Assembly (NCBI GenBank): GCA_963677895.2 | Contig: CAXXGJ010000018.1 | Location: 224,001 to 288,000 of the forward strand | From: Treponemataceae bacterium | GTDB taxonomy: Bacteria; Spirochaetota; Spirochaetia; Treponematales; Rectinemataceae | Length of the DNA: 64,000 nt | Direction of reading: 5' to 3' | In this document: in pieces, positions 40,151 to 50,004 of the stretch | Numbering within the stretch: the first letter of the stretch is position 1 | Layout: every line of letters starts with the position of its first letter | The notes under the pieces: generated by a model | What the model was told of the DNA's origin: nothing | Seen by the model: the letters and a program-made list of their open reading frames with translations, nothing else | The model's database searches: none | Position numbers and translations under genes: made by a program

Positions 40151-40927
40151 ATGGAGAATTTCCCCGCGCCTGTCGGACGCCGCATAGACAGAATGACGTC
40201 GCCGCGGTTCGCGGAAGCGCTGGAACGCTGCGATACCCTCATTCTTCCATTGGGATCGGTGGAGCAGACGGGAAAGCATTGCCCCCTCGGCACTGATCTA
40301 TTCGTGGCCGAAGCCGTTTCGGAGCTGCTGGCGGGAAAGGCCGACTGCCTCACGACAGCCCCCATTCCTTATGGCGACACCTTCGAGCTGGATTTCTGGC
40401 CTGGAACGGTCCATGTGGAATCGCCCGTGCTGGGTTCCTACCTGGAAGCCGTCGCGCGGTCCTTCCTCAAGCAGGGATTCGCTAATATCGTTTTTCTCAG
40501 CTGCCATTCCCTCAACATGAAGACGGTGGATCTGCTCTGCCGCCGCCTGCACCGGGAAGGCCATGGCGTCTGCGCGATAGACTGGTGGAAGGCGGCGGGC
40601 GACGCGGCCAGGGGCGGCACCGCTTCGACCGAGCCTTTCGGCCACGGCGGGGAAGTGATCAGTTCCATTATGATGGCCTTGGCCCCCGAACTTATGGATC
40701 TGGACAGCGCTGAAGACGAGTCTTCCCTGCCCGGTCTGGCGCAGGTGGCGGCCCATCCCCTCGGCTCGGCTTTCGTGGCCTATGGGGATTTCAAGGATTA
40801 TTGCGTGACAGGTGCCTGGGGCGAGGTTAGGGATACCGTCTCCGCCGAAAAGGGAAAGAAGTGGCTCGCGAAAGCCCTCTACGCTTCGGCCGACTTCATA
40901 CGCGAATGGCGCAATAGCGGCAGCTGA
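40151..40927 (+). CDS. Creatininase family amidohydrolase
   Basis: LPLGSVEQ.G.H.PLGTD, PGT, HGGE..SS and G.WG...SAEKG motifs. Confidence 0.88.
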   Translation: MENFPAPVGRRIDRMTSPRFAEALERCDTLILPLGSVEQTGKHCPLGTDLFVAEAVSELLAGKADCLTTAPIPYGDTFELDFWPGTVHVESPVLGSYLEAVARSFLKQGFANIVFLSCHSLNMKTVDLLCRRLHREGHGVCAIDWWKAAGDAARGGTASTEPFGHGGEVISSIMMALAPELMDLDSAEDESSLPGLAQVAAHPLGSAFVAYGDFKDYCVTGAWGEVRDTVSAEKGKKWLAKALYASADFIREWRNSGS

Positions 40928-41006
40928 TTTCCGCCTGGAAAGAATAGGCGGAAAGCGGAAAGCTTGGCGTGGAGCGCGCGGCACGGGGCGCTTGGCGCGG
41001 ACAACA

Positions 41007-41050
41007 TAAGAAAAGGGCTGACCACGATCGTGGCCAGCCCTTTCTTTATT
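41007..41050. terminator. Bidirectional intrinsic terminator between convergent genes
   Basis: AAAGGGCTG-ACCACGATCGTGG-CCAGCCCTTT hairpin with A/T-rich tails. Confidence 0.8.
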
Positions 41051-41077
41051 GCGGTCTCTATTCTCGGAATAGGCGCT

Positions 41078-42262
41078 TTATTTTATCGTCATATACTTGG
41101 AAGGAATCGCTACCTGGTTCATGCCCATGGCGCCTTTGCCGAAGGCGTAGCTGTCCTGGTATACGAGAAGGAAATTGCGCATGCGGACCTGGGTGGACGC
41201 GTCCTTGTAGGCCGTGCTGTTCCAGTCGACGCCGGGGGAGAATTGCGCGAGGGAACTCATGACATCGGCGCTGTTGCCCAGTCTGGCTTTTTTCTCGACC
41301 GTTCTCTTCGCGAACTCGCCGAGACCGGCCACGATGCAGTAGCCCGAGGGATAGGGCCATGTGACGAGGCGGCCGCTGGCGCCCTTGGCCACGACCGTCT
41401 GTTCGATCTTGGCGAGAATGGCTTTCCAGTTGCCCTTTTCCTTGCTCAGGTCGACGCCGAAGGCTCCCGCGTAGCCCTGGAGCGGGGAGTCGGTCTGGAC
41501 ATAGAGGCCGCCGAGCTCGGCGATGCGCTTGAGGAGCGGTTCGACATGGGCGTTGTTGGTGCTGAAGAAGGCGGTGTTCTTGCCGTATTTTTCGAGCCAC
41601 ATCGGGACTTTCTCCAGGATGAACTGCTGGGCGCCGGGTACACCCACTTCGCTGGTCGGATCCGGAGCGGTCTCGAAGGCGAATTTGAGTCCGAGGTCCT
41701 TGCAGGCCTGCTCCATTATCATGCGTCGGCGTCCGAGGAGCTCGTAGCTCATGTGGCGAGGGAAGGAGATGTGTACGTAGGTGTCGGCACCCAACTTCTT
41801 GGCCACCAGAGGCATGATGTAGCCCATGGAAAGCGTGTCCGAATTGATGCAGAGATCGGTCACCGCCGCTATGACGGCGGGGTCTTCCTGCGGCTCTCCG
41901 GCGAAGCAAAGGATGTCGGGGCGCTTCTGCTTGACTCTGCGGAAAGCTTCGGCCGTGCCAGGCACCGCTTCCACGACGACGATAGCCTTCATGAGGGGAT
42001 CGTCGCTGAGACCGACGATCTGCGATATGACCGTTTCCATTTCCGAGCTGAAATTGTCCGGATAGGTGATGTGCTGGATCATTCCGCCTTTCTGCGCGCT
42101 TCCATAAAGGCTTATCAGCGCCTCGGCTCCCCTGATCACGTCTTCGCCCTGGGAAACCGTGCCGGTCACGATACCAATGTGAAAGTCTCCCGCGGCGAAA
42201 AGGGGCACGAGGGCGGCGCCGAAGGCCATGAAAGCCAGCAGCGCGAACTTCAGTTTTCTCAT
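41078..42262 (-). CDS. DUF3798 family periplasmic binding-like protein
   Basis: Signal peptide; IGIVTGTVSQGED, TYPDNF..E.ET, HISFPRHMSYE and APDP motifs; GGAGG RBS. Confidence 0.88.
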   Translation of the reverse strand: MRKLKFALLAFMAFGAALVPLFAAGDFHIGIVTGTVSQGEDVIRGAEALISLYGSAQKGGMIQHITYPDNFSSEMETVISQIVGLSDDPLMKAIVVVEAVPGTAEAFRRVKQKRPDILCFAGEPQEDPAVIAAVTDLCINSDTLSMGYIMPLVAKKLGADTYVHISFPRHMSYELLGRRRMIMEQACKDLGLKFAFETAPDPTSEVGVPGAQQFILEKVPMWLEKYGKNTAFFSTNNAHVEPLLKRIAELGGLYVQTDSPLQGYAGAFGVDLSKEKGNWKAILAKIEQTVVAKGASGRLVTWPYPSGYCIVAGLGEFAKRTVEKKARLGNSADVMSSLAQFSPGVDWNSTAYKDASTQVRMRNFLLVYQDSYAFGKGAMGMNQVAIPSKYMTIK

Positions 42263-42456
42263 ACAGCGAACCTCCTGGATTCTGGATACGGCCTTAAGTA
42301 TATACCTGAAAGCCGTGAAGCGCGAGGCTTGGCGAAGCGGATTTATTCGCTTCGCCAAAGCCCTGTTTCAGAGGACGTTCTTGCGGCGATGCATTTATCT
42401 TGACGGGCAGGGAGCGCGCGCCTAAACTTCCATCACCAACCCCAAGGGAGAATAAC

Positions 42457-43305
42457 GTGAAATACGCGGTCTGCAACGAACTGTTCGGCGATATGCCATT
42501 GAGGAAAGCCGCGGCGACGCTTCGCGGCGCGGGATATCGAGGCATCGAGTTCGCTCCCTATACCCTGTTCGGCGACTTTTCCCCCGCGATGATCAGGAAC
42601 GGCGTGGCCGGCATCGCCGAAGCGCTGGCGGGCGAGGGGCTCGAGTTCGTGGGATTCCACTGGTTGATGGTGGGCCCGGAGCCATTGCATCTCACCACCA
42701 CCGACGAAAGCCTCCGCCAGCGCTCCCTGAACCATCTTCGGCGGCTCCTGGACGCGGCCGGCTGCCTGGGAGGCGGCGTACTCATCCTGGGTTCCCCAAA
42801 ACAGCGATCCACCTCGGCGGGCTCTAACAGGGCGACAGCCCTCAAGCGGCTAGCCGAAGGCCTTGCCCAGCTGGGCGACCATGCCGTCGCCTGCGGGTCG
42901 CGCATCCTATTGGAGGCGCTCGACTCGAATCAGACCGATATCGTGAACACCCTGGCCGAGGCGCGCGCGCTCGTGGAAGCGATAGGCTCGCCCGGAATAG
43001 GAGAGATGTTCGATTTCCACAACGTCGGCGACGAAACCGATCCCTGGGACGCCTTGATCCGTGCTCAAGGCGAGAGAATCGCCCACGTCCACATCAACGA
43101 GATGGACGGACGGGCGCCCGGTACGGGAACATCGGATTACGGTCCCGCTTTCGAAGCGCTCCGGGAGATTAACTACAAGGGTTGGATCAGCATGGAAATA
43201 TTCGAAAAGCCCGTCAATCCGGGGGCGGTCGTTGAAAAAGCCCTGCGCTATTTAGCCGAACACGACCGCACCATATTTCTTCCGGAAAACGGGTTTAGAA
43301 TATAA
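42457..43305 (+). CDS. Sugar phosphate isomerase/epimerase (D-tagatose/psicose 3-epimerase-like TIM barrel)
   Basis: EAL, D.H, HVH.NE..R.PG.G and SMEIF metal motifs; promoter TTGACG-17-TAAACT at 42400-42428. Confidence 0.88.
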   Translation: MKYAVCNELFGDMPLRKAAATLRGAGYRGIEFAPYTLFGDFSPAMIRNGVAGIAEALAGEGLEFVGFHWLMVGPEPLHLTTTDESLRQRSLNHLRRLLDAAGCLGGGVLILGSPKQRSTSAGSNRATALKRLAEGLAQLGDHAVACGSRILLEALDSNQTDIVNTLAEARALVEAIGSPGIGEMFDFHNVGDETDPWDALIRAQGERIAHVHINEMDGRAPGTGTSDYGPAFEALREINYKGWISMEIFEKPVNPGAVVEKALRYLAEHDRTIFLPENGFRI

Positions 43306-43351
43306 AAGTGGCTGTGTTTACGGCATTTCGATACAATTGTATAGATTTTAA

Positions 43352-43407
43352 TTTGTTCACTTTCTTTACAAAAACACTTGACAGGTTCTTGGACCTGTTC
43401 AAATAAT
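43352..43407 (+). promoter_or_regulatory. Second putative ROK operator (43352-43372) upstream of a TTGACA promoter
   Basis: TTTGTTCACTTTCTTTACAAA; reverse complement matches 34105-34125 at 18/21; TTGACA 43378-43383 and AATAAT 43402-43407. Confidence 0.7.
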
Positions 43408-43437
43408 GAAAATACACTTACCTACAAGGAGCGCACC

Positions 43438-44448
43438 GTGAAAAGAAGAAGCATTGCGGTACTTTTTGCTATCGTGGCTTTCTCATCGATCGCCGTCAGC
43501 GGAAATCTCGTGGCACAGTCTCTCTGGAAACCGACGCATCCGATCCAGGTCGTCGTGCCCTGGCCAGCCGGAGGAGCCTCGGACACCGTAGGCAGAATGC
43601 TTGCCGGACAGATGGAACAGTTCATCGGACAGCGCATGGTAATCGTGAACACGGCCGGCGGCTCAGGCGCCATAGGAACGCAGGAAGTCTGGGACAAGCC
43701 GCATGACGGCTACACCCTTACCGCCAACGCCGTGGCTTCCGTCGTAAGCTACGCGGTGCTCGGGAAAATGGATCAGACACACAGAGACTGGATCTATTAT
43801 CTGCCCATCTTCACGCCGAACGTCATCGTCGTGAAAGGCGATTCCCCTATCAAGACGCTCGCGCAGCTTCTGGATTACATGAAATCGAAACCGGGCGCCA
43901 CGATCCTTTCGTCTGCCGGCGTCGGCAGTTCGGGCTATTACGCCGCCGAGCTGTTCAAAAAGGCGACCGGGCTTACTTACAGGCACGTTCCCTACGCGGG
44001 CGGAGCTCCCGCCGTCATGGCTGTCGCCCAGGGCGAAGCCGAAGTCGTCATGCAGCTGTCCGTCGAAGTGGCCGAGCTTCTCCGCGGCGGAAAACTCCGC
44101 GCCCTCGCCGTAACCTCCGCCGACGACCTGGTCGTCGATGGATATGGAACGATCCCCTCGGCGCAGAAGACGATTCCCAATTTCCCCAACTACGGTTCAT
44201 ATTTCGGAATCATGGCTCCAGCCGACCTTCCCGCCAACGTCATCGCCATGCTGGATGCGGCCTTCGTGAAGGCGGCGGCTGCACAGGGAGTCAAAGACTA
44301 CGCCAAAATCAAAGGCGCCATCCCTTCCGCCATTTACGGCAAGGAAGCGACAGCGCTGACCGAAAAGCTCGCCAGCACCGAAGCATGGCTTCTGTACGAC
44401 GCTGGCGCAGCCGCCAAATCTCCCGCCGTATTCAATATCTCGAGGTAA
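43438..44448 (+). CDS. tctC: Tripartite tricarboxylate transporter substrate-binding protein
   Basis: PWPAGGASD..GR, N.AGGSGAIG, DGYT and PYAGGAPA motifs; AAGGAG RBS, GTG start. Confidence 0.92.
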   Translation: MKRRSIAVLFAIVAFSSIAVSGNLVAQSLWKPTHPIQVVVPWPAGGASDTVGRMLAGQMEQFIGQRMVIVNTAGGSGAIGTQEVWDKPHDGYTLTANAVASVVSYAVLGKMDQTHRDWIYYLPIFTPNVIVVKGDSPIKTLAQLLDYMKSKPGATILSSAGVGSSGYYAAELFKKATGLTYRHVPYAGGAPAVMAVAQGEAEVVMQLSVEVAELLRGGKLRALAVTSADDLVVDGYGTIPSAQKTIPNFPNYGSYFGIMAPADLPANVIAMLDAAFVKAAAAQGVKDYAKIKGAIPSAIYGKEATALTEKLASTEAWLLYDAGAAAKSPAVFNISR

Positions 44449-44454
44449 TTCTTA

Positions 44455-45015
44455 ATGTCCAATGAAATAATGAAGGAAGAGGAGGCTACGCCTTCTCTTC
44501 CTCCAGAATTGACCGATGAAGTCATAGCCAGGAAACCGAGGCGCGAGGTAATCGGCGCCCTCGGCCTCCTGGCTGTCGCAATCGTTTTCGGCGTCGAATC
44601 CTTCAAGACGCCTTTCAAGGATACTCTTTGGGAATTCTACACCTCCCCGACGATCTTTCCTCTCTTTATGGCCATTCTGCTCGGAGCGACCAGCATCGCA
44701 GTCCTGGCGCGAGGAATAAAGGAATGGCACGACCAGAAAGACAGCCTTAAGCCGATTCATCTGATCGAAGATATGAAGCGTTGGGGTATGGGTCGTTTTA
44801 TGGGCGGCGCTGGGATAATCGCAGCGTTCCTGTTTTTCCTGGGCAAGGTTAACTTCTATCTGCTGTCGGTGATCATGATCAATATCTTCGGGATGATATT
44901 CAGGCTCGGAACGCTGAAGAAAGCCCTCAAATCCTCTCTGATCACCTCGGCCGTGGTAGCCATCTTCCTGTTCATCATAAGCAGGGTTTTTGGCATAGTG
45001 TTCCCGGGAGCGTAA
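44455..45015 (+). CDS. tctB: TctB-like small TM subunit
   Basis: 4-5 TMs, SP.IFP motif, between tctC and tctA. Confidence 0.75.
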   Translation: MSNEIMKEEEATPSLPPELTDEVIARKPRREVIGALGLLAVAIVFGVESFKTPFKDTLWEFYTSPTIFPLFMAILLGATSIAVLARGIKEWHDQKDSLKPIHLIEDMKRWGMGRFMGGAGIIAAFLFFLGKVNFYLLSVIMINIFGMIFRLGTLKKALKSSLITSAVVAIFLFIISRVFGIVFPGA

Positions 45016-45018
45016 ACG

Positions 45019-46563
45019 ATGAATATTCTCAGCATTTTCAGCGGATTTTGGAAACTACTCCTGGATCCCGTCACCATACTTTTTATTTTCATTGGGGGTC
45101 AGGCTGGCATCATTTTCGGCATGATGCCCGGCCTTACAACGACTACGGCGATGAGCCTGCTTACGGGATTGACCTTCACCCTTCCGCCTGAAAGGGCGAT
45201 AGCGGTCGTTCTCGGCGCATATGTCGGATCGGTGACGGGCGGCAGCCGATCGGCGATCCTGGTCAATATTCCAGGAACTCCGGCGCAGGCAGCGGTCTGT
45301 CTGGATGGATATCCTTTAGCCCTGCAGGGACGAGCCGCTGAAGCTATCGGCTTGTCGGTGACGGCATCGACGATCGGTACGCTCCTCGGCTTCATATGTC
45401 TCGCTCTCTTTACGCCTCTGCTCGGCGCGGCGGCCATGAGCTTTGGAACCTATGAGTTCTTCTGGCTCGCCATCATCGGCGTCGTCATCGCCGGAAGCCT
45501 CTGTTCGCCCAAAGATCCGATCAAGGGGTGGATAATGGGCTTTCTTGGCCTCGTCCTGATGACGGTGGGAGAAGACAACATCCATGCCATCGAACGCTTC
45601 ACTTTTGGGTATAATCCCCTGAGGGGCGGTTTCGCCCTGATTCCCGTCATGATAGGCGCCTACGGAATACCCGAGGTGCTTGACGCGGTGAGGCAGCGCC
45701 AGCAGATCGTCGTTCAGACGAAGGTCGGCAGAGTAGTGCCCCGCTTCGGCGAAGTGCTGAAATACAAATGGCTCATTCTGCGCTCCTCGCTGATCGGCCT
45801 CATCATAGGGATTATCCCAGGCGTAGGGAGCGATACGGCTTCCTGGCTTTCCTACTTCGCGGCGAAAAAATCCAGCAAACATCCCGAATTGTTCGGCCAC
45901 GGCGCGATAGACGGATTCATCGCGGCGGAAACAGGCGATAACGCCTGCGTTGGAGGGGACATAATTCCCACGCTGACGCTCGGCATACCCGGCAGCGCGC
46001 CCGCCGCCGTCCTTCTCGCGGCCCTCACCATCCACAACCTGCGGCCGGGACCCATGCTCGTAGTCGAGCAGCCCGAGGTTGTCGGCCAGATCATCGCGAT
46101 TTCGATGGTGGCCACCATAGCGGTTTTCATACTAAGCCTTCTTATGGTTAAGCAGATGGTGAAACTGCTTCTGATTCCTCGCAACGTCCTCATGCCGGCG
46201 GTCTTCATCATTTGCGTTACAGGCGCCTATGCGCTTTCGGGAAGGCTCTTCGACATCTACATTATGTTCGCATTCGGATTGTTCGGCGTTATAATGAAAG
46301 AACTGGATTATCCCGTGGCGCCTCTGGTGTTGGGATTCATACTCGGCCCCATGGCCGAAGACAACCTACGCCGCGGCTTGATGATCACGGGCGGCAGCGC
46401 TTCTCCCTTCTTTACCCGCCCCATTTCATTCGCGCTTTTCCTTCTTCTCTTCTTCTCCGTATTCGGCGCTACGAAAACGGGAAAGCGCCTGATGAACGCG
46501 ATCAAAGGGAAGCTCTCTCTTATATTTCCCAAGCGCTCCGCGGCTGGCGGAAATGTGAAGTGA
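45019..46563 (+). CDS. tctA: Tripartite tricarboxylate transporter large TM subunit
   Basis: GMMPGL, GGSRSAILVNIPGTP, AETGDNA and TLGIPGS motifs. Confidence 0.94.
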   Translation: MNILSIFSGFWKLLLDPVTILFIFIGGQAGIIFGMMPGLTTTTAMSLLTGLTFTLPPERAIAVVLGAYVGSVTGGSRSAILVNIPGTPAQAAVCLDGYPLALQGRAAEAIGLSVTASTIGTLLGFICLALFTPLLGAAAMSFGTYEFFWLAIIGVVIAGSLCSPKDPIKGWIMGFLGLVLMTVGEDNIHAIERFTFGYNPLRGGFALIPVMIGAYGIPEVLDAVRQRQQIVVQTKVGRVVPRFGEVLKYKWLILRSSLIGLIIGIIPGVGSDTASWLSYFAAKKSSKHPELFGHGAIDGFIAAETGDNACVGGDIIPTLTLGIPGSAPAAVLLAALTIHNLRPGPMLVVEQPEVVGQIIAISMVATIAVFILSLLMVKQMVKLLLIPRNVLMPAVFIICVTGAYALSGRLFDIYIMFAFGLFGVIMKELDYPVAPLVLGFILGPMAEDNLRRGLMITGGSASPFFTRPISFALFLLLFFSVFGATKTGKRLMNAIKGKLSLIFPKRSAAGGNVK

Positions 46564-46577
46564 AACAAGGAGTGACC

Positions 46578-47621
46578 ATGAATTTTGGAATAGTAGGCAC
46601 AGGACTCATCGCAGAGTTTCACGCGAAAGCGTTGGCGGAAATCCGCGACGCCAAACTCGTGGCCTGCATCGATGTCGTTCCAGAGAGGGCGGCCTCCTTC
46701 GCGGCCAGGTTCGGCTGCGCCGCGTATTCGGACATGGCGAGTTTTCTGCGACATCCTAAATTGGACATCGTCAACGTCTGCACTCCCTCCGGTCTGCATC
46801 TGGACGCGGCGCTCCCCGCCGCCGCCGCAGGAAAGCACCTCATCGTGGAAAAGCCCCTGGAAGTGAGCTCCGAGCGCTGCGGCAGGATGATAGAAGCCTG
46901 CGACAAGGCCGGAGTGACCCTTTCCGGAATCTTCCCTTCCCGGTTTCATGACTCCTCCCGCACCATAAAATCGGCGCTCGGGGAGGGCCGGTTCGGCAGG
47001 CTCACCATGGGCAACGCTTATGTGAAGTGGTGGCGCGAGCAGAGTTACTACGACAAGGGCGGCTGGAAGGGCAAGAAGGCCCTGGATGGCGGCGGCGCTC
47101 TCATGAACCAATCCATCCACGCCATCGACCTTCTGCGTTGGTTTATGGGGCCGATAGAGGAAGTGAACGCGTTCACCGGCGCGGCCGGCCATTCGGGCAT
47201 AGACGTAGAAGACAACGCCATCGCCGCCGTACGCTTCGCGAACGGCGCCCTCGGCGCGATTCAGGGTTCAACCTCGGTGTGGCCCGGTTTCCTCAAGCGA
47301 CTTGAAGTCTCGGGGATGGATGGAAGCATCGTCATGGAAGAAGAAAACATCCCCTTCTGGAAATTCCGCGTCGAGACCGGCCGGGATGACGAAATCCGCG
47401 CGCATTTCGCCGGCGCCACGAGCACGGGCGGCGGCGCCTCCGATCCCGCCGCTATCGGCTACCATGGCCACAAGCTGCAGTTTTTGGATGTGATCGGCGC
47501 CATCGGAAAGGGAGAGAAACCCTCCATCGATGGAAGGGAAGCCGCGAAAGCCGTGGCGATCATCGAAGCGATCTATAAAAGCGCCGAGACCGGCAAATCG
47601 GTAAAAGTAGTCGAGCAGTGA
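46578..47621 (+). CDS. Gfo/Idh/MocA family oxidoreductase
   Basis: GIVGTGLIA, TPSGLH, GKHLIVEKP and GGGALMNQSIHAID motifs; AAGGAG RBS. Confidence 0.93.
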   Translation: MNFGIVGTGLIAEFHAKALAEIRDAKLVACIDVVPERAASFAARFGCAAYSDMASFLRHPKLDIVNVCTPSGLHLDAALPAAAAGKHLIVEKPLEVSSERCGRMIEACDKAGVTLSGIFPSRFHDSSRTIKSALGEGRFGRLTMGNAYVKWWREQSYYDKGGWKGKKALDGGGALMNQSIHAIDLLRWFMGPIEEVNAFTGAAGHSGIDVEDNAIAAVRFANGALGAIQGSTSVWPGFLKRLEVSGMDGSIVMEEENIPFWKFRVETGRDDEIRAHFAGATSTGGGASDPAAIGYHGHKLQFLDVIGAIGKGEKPSIDGREAAKAVAIIEAIYKSAETGKSVKVVEQ

Positions 47622-48574
47622 GCCATGGCAAAGTGAACGAGATGTATTTGAGCGGCTTCGCCGACGAAGCCGCGGACGGCATCGCCGGGCAGATCGAGGC
47701 GACGAAGGCCCTGGGCTGGTCCCATATCGAAATCCGGGCCGTGGACAAGGTAAATCTCCACGATCTGGACGAAGCTTCCTTCGAGCGCTGCGCCGAAGCC
47801 TTGGAACGAGCCGACATCCATGTCAGCTGCCTGGGCTCGACGATAGCCAATTGGGGAAAGAGGGTGGACGAGGATTTCGCCGCCGCGCTTCGCACCGTGG
47901 ACAGGGCCGTTTCGAGGATGAAAAGACTGGGCGTAGGCCAGATACGCCTGATGAGCTACGCGATCATGTTCGATGCCTCGGGACGCGCCTTGCCGGATCA
48001 GAAAGATGGCGAACGCTTCACCAGGCTCCGCGAGATATGCGCCCGCTTCCTCGATGCCGGCATCACTCCCGTCCACGAAAACTGCCTCAATTACGGAGGC
48101 ATGAGCTGGGAGCACACGCTCCGCCTGCTGGAGGAAGTACCGGGGCTCAAGCTGGTGTACGATACGGGAAATCCCGGCCTTACTCCCGATTTTCGCAAAC
48201 CCTATCCCTATCCGAACCAGGACGGCTGGGAAGCTTGGGAACACTTGAAGCCATATGTGGTCTATATGCATATCAAGGACGGGAAGCGAAACCAGGCCAC
48301 GGGCGAGGAAAGCTATTTCTTTCCCGGCGAAGGCGACTGTCAAGTGGAGAGAGTCCTGGCGGATCTTCTTTCCATGGGATACGAGGGCGGGCTTTCCATA
48401 GAACCGCACATGGCCGTCGTTTTCCACAACGATAAAGTTACTTCGAGCGTCGCGGCCAGATTCGACAACTATGTCGAGTACGGGCGCAGGACTGAATCGC
48501 TTCTCCGGCGCCTCGGCTGCGAAGTCGGCTCAGGGCGCATCCTCTATGGCGCGCGCTCCGATCCAGGGTTATAG
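47618..48574 (+). CDS. Sugar phosphate isomerase/epimerase family (xylose isomerase-like TIM barrel)
   Basis: SGFADE, HEN, YDTGN, HIKD, PGEG and SIEPH motifs; start could be ATG 47642. Confidence 0.88.
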   Translation: MSHGKVNEMYLSGFADEAADGIAGQIEATKALGWSHIEIRAVDKVNLHDLDEASFERCAEALERADIHVSCLGSTIANWGKRVDEDFAAALRTVDRAVSRMKRLGVGQIRLMSYAIMFDASGRALPDQKDGERFTRLREICARFLDAGITPVHENCLNYGGMSWEHTLRLLEEVPGLKLVYDTGNPGLTPDFRKPYPYPNQDGWEAWEHLKPYVVYMHIKDGKRNQATGEESYFFPGEGDCQVERVLADLLSMGYEGGLSIEPHMAVVFHNDKVTSSVAARFDNYVEYGRRTESLLRRLGCEVGSGRILYGARSDPGL

Positions 48575-48609
48575 TAGGGTAAATACCTACTCTACCGGAG
48601 TGACGCAGC

Positions 48610-49989
48610 ATGGATCAAAAAAAGCTCAGTGTTGGCACGAAACTCGGATTCGGCGCCGCCGATCTGGGAGGAAACCTCTTCTTCACGGCCATGGGATTCT
48701 GGACTCTCAATTACCTCACGGACTCAGTGGGACTCTCGGCCGCGGCGGCCGGGGCCGCTGTCATGGTCGGCAAGCTCTGGGATGCCGTCACCGACCCGAT
48801 GATGGGATTCATTTCCGATCGCACCCGCTCGAGATGGGGCAGGCGCCGGCCTTATCTGCTCTTCGGCGCAGTCCCGCTGGCGCTGACCATGTGGTATTTT
48901 TTCACGAATCCCCATATCGGAAGCCAGACATGGCTCACCATCTGGGCGGCCCTCGCTCTCTGCGCGCTCAACACGGCGTATACCATCGTCAATATCCCCT
49001 ACTCATCGCTCACCCCCGAACTCACCAAGGATTACCATGAGCGCACATCGCTCAACGGCTATCGCTTCGGATTCGCGGTTATAGGCACAATCCTCGGCGC
49101 CGGAGCCGTCCTCCCCCTCGTAGGCTTATTCGGTTCCGACAGATCGGCGGGCTTCTCCTTCATGGGAGGAGTGCTCGGCCTCCTAATGGCGGCAAGCACC
49201 CTCGTCACTTTTTTCTCGGTGCGGGAGCCGGATCACAGCCAGGAACCCATACCCACGGAAAAATTTTTCCCCACCTTTCTCGCCGTATTCCGGAACAAGC
49301 CATACGTGATACTCCTCCTCACCTACGCGCTCAATCTGACGGCGCTCAACTTCGTGCAGGGAATCCTCGTGTATTATTTCAAGTATATCTATAGAAACGA
49401 AGCCATGACGACGCTCGCCATGGTTATGCTGCTCCTGACGGCCATGATATGCATCCCGATCTCCGTAAAGGTCTCCTCCCATATCGGCAAGAAGCGAACC
49501 TACCAAATATGCTTCGCCATAATCGCCTCAGCCTGCACCATCATCTACTTTCTCGGCCACATACTAGGCCCCAACTTCTTCCTGGTCATGATGATCTATG
49601 CCGGCGTGGGCATCGGTTTCGGGTACGTGGCTCCCTGGGCCATGGTCCCCGACGCCATCGAGTTCGACGCGGTCCGCACGGGCAATCGCAAGGAAGGGGC
49701 TTTCTACGGAATGTGGACCTTCACCTCCAAGGTGGGGACCTCCCTCGCCATCGCGCTCACGGGCCTCATTCTGGGATCGGCGGGCTACGCCGCCAACGTG
49801 GCGGAACAAAGCCCCTCCGCGCTCGGCGCCATAAGGCTCATAATCGGCCCCATCCCGACGGTCATTTTCCTGGCCGCCATTTTCCTGATCGAGCGATACC
49901 CGATAGACGAGAAGACCTATGTGAAGTTCATGGCTGAAAACGCTGCTTTACATAAGGCCGATCCGTCAAAAGACGGCTCCGAATCTTGA
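48610..49989 (+). CDS. MFS glycoside-pentoside-hexuronide (GPH):cation symporter
   Basis: WDAVTDPMMG..SDRTRSRWGRRRPY, NIPY.SL.PELT...ER and R.EG.FYG motifs. Confidence 0.94.
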   Translation: MDQKKLSVGTKLGFGAADLGGNLFFTAMGFWTLNYLTDSVGLSAAAAGAAVMVGKLWDAVTDPMMGFISDRTRSRWGRRRPYLLFGAVPLALTMWYFFTNPHIGSQTWLTIWAALALCALNTAYTIVNIPYSSLTPELTKDYHERTSLNGYRFGFAVIGTILGAGAVLPLVGLFGSDRSAGFSFMGGVLGLLMAASTLVTFFSVREPDHSQEPIPTEKFFPTFLAVFRNKPYVILLLTYALNLTALNFVQGILVYYFKYIYRNEAMTTLAMVMLLLTAMICIPISVKVSSHIGKKRTYQICFAIIASACTIIYFLGHILGPNFFLVMMIYAGVGIGFGYVAPWAMVPDAIEFDAVRTGNRKEGAFYGMWTFTSKVGTSLAIALTGLILGSAGYAANVAEQSPSALGAIRLIIGPIPTVIFLAAIFLIERYPIDEKTYVKFMAENAALHKADPSKDGSES

Positions 49990-50004
49990 CGGGAGGGAAA
50001 GGCA

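Noticed and set aside
40964..42403. 479-aa plus-strand ORF
   Set aside because: Antisense to DUF3798, crosses a terminator, no motifs.
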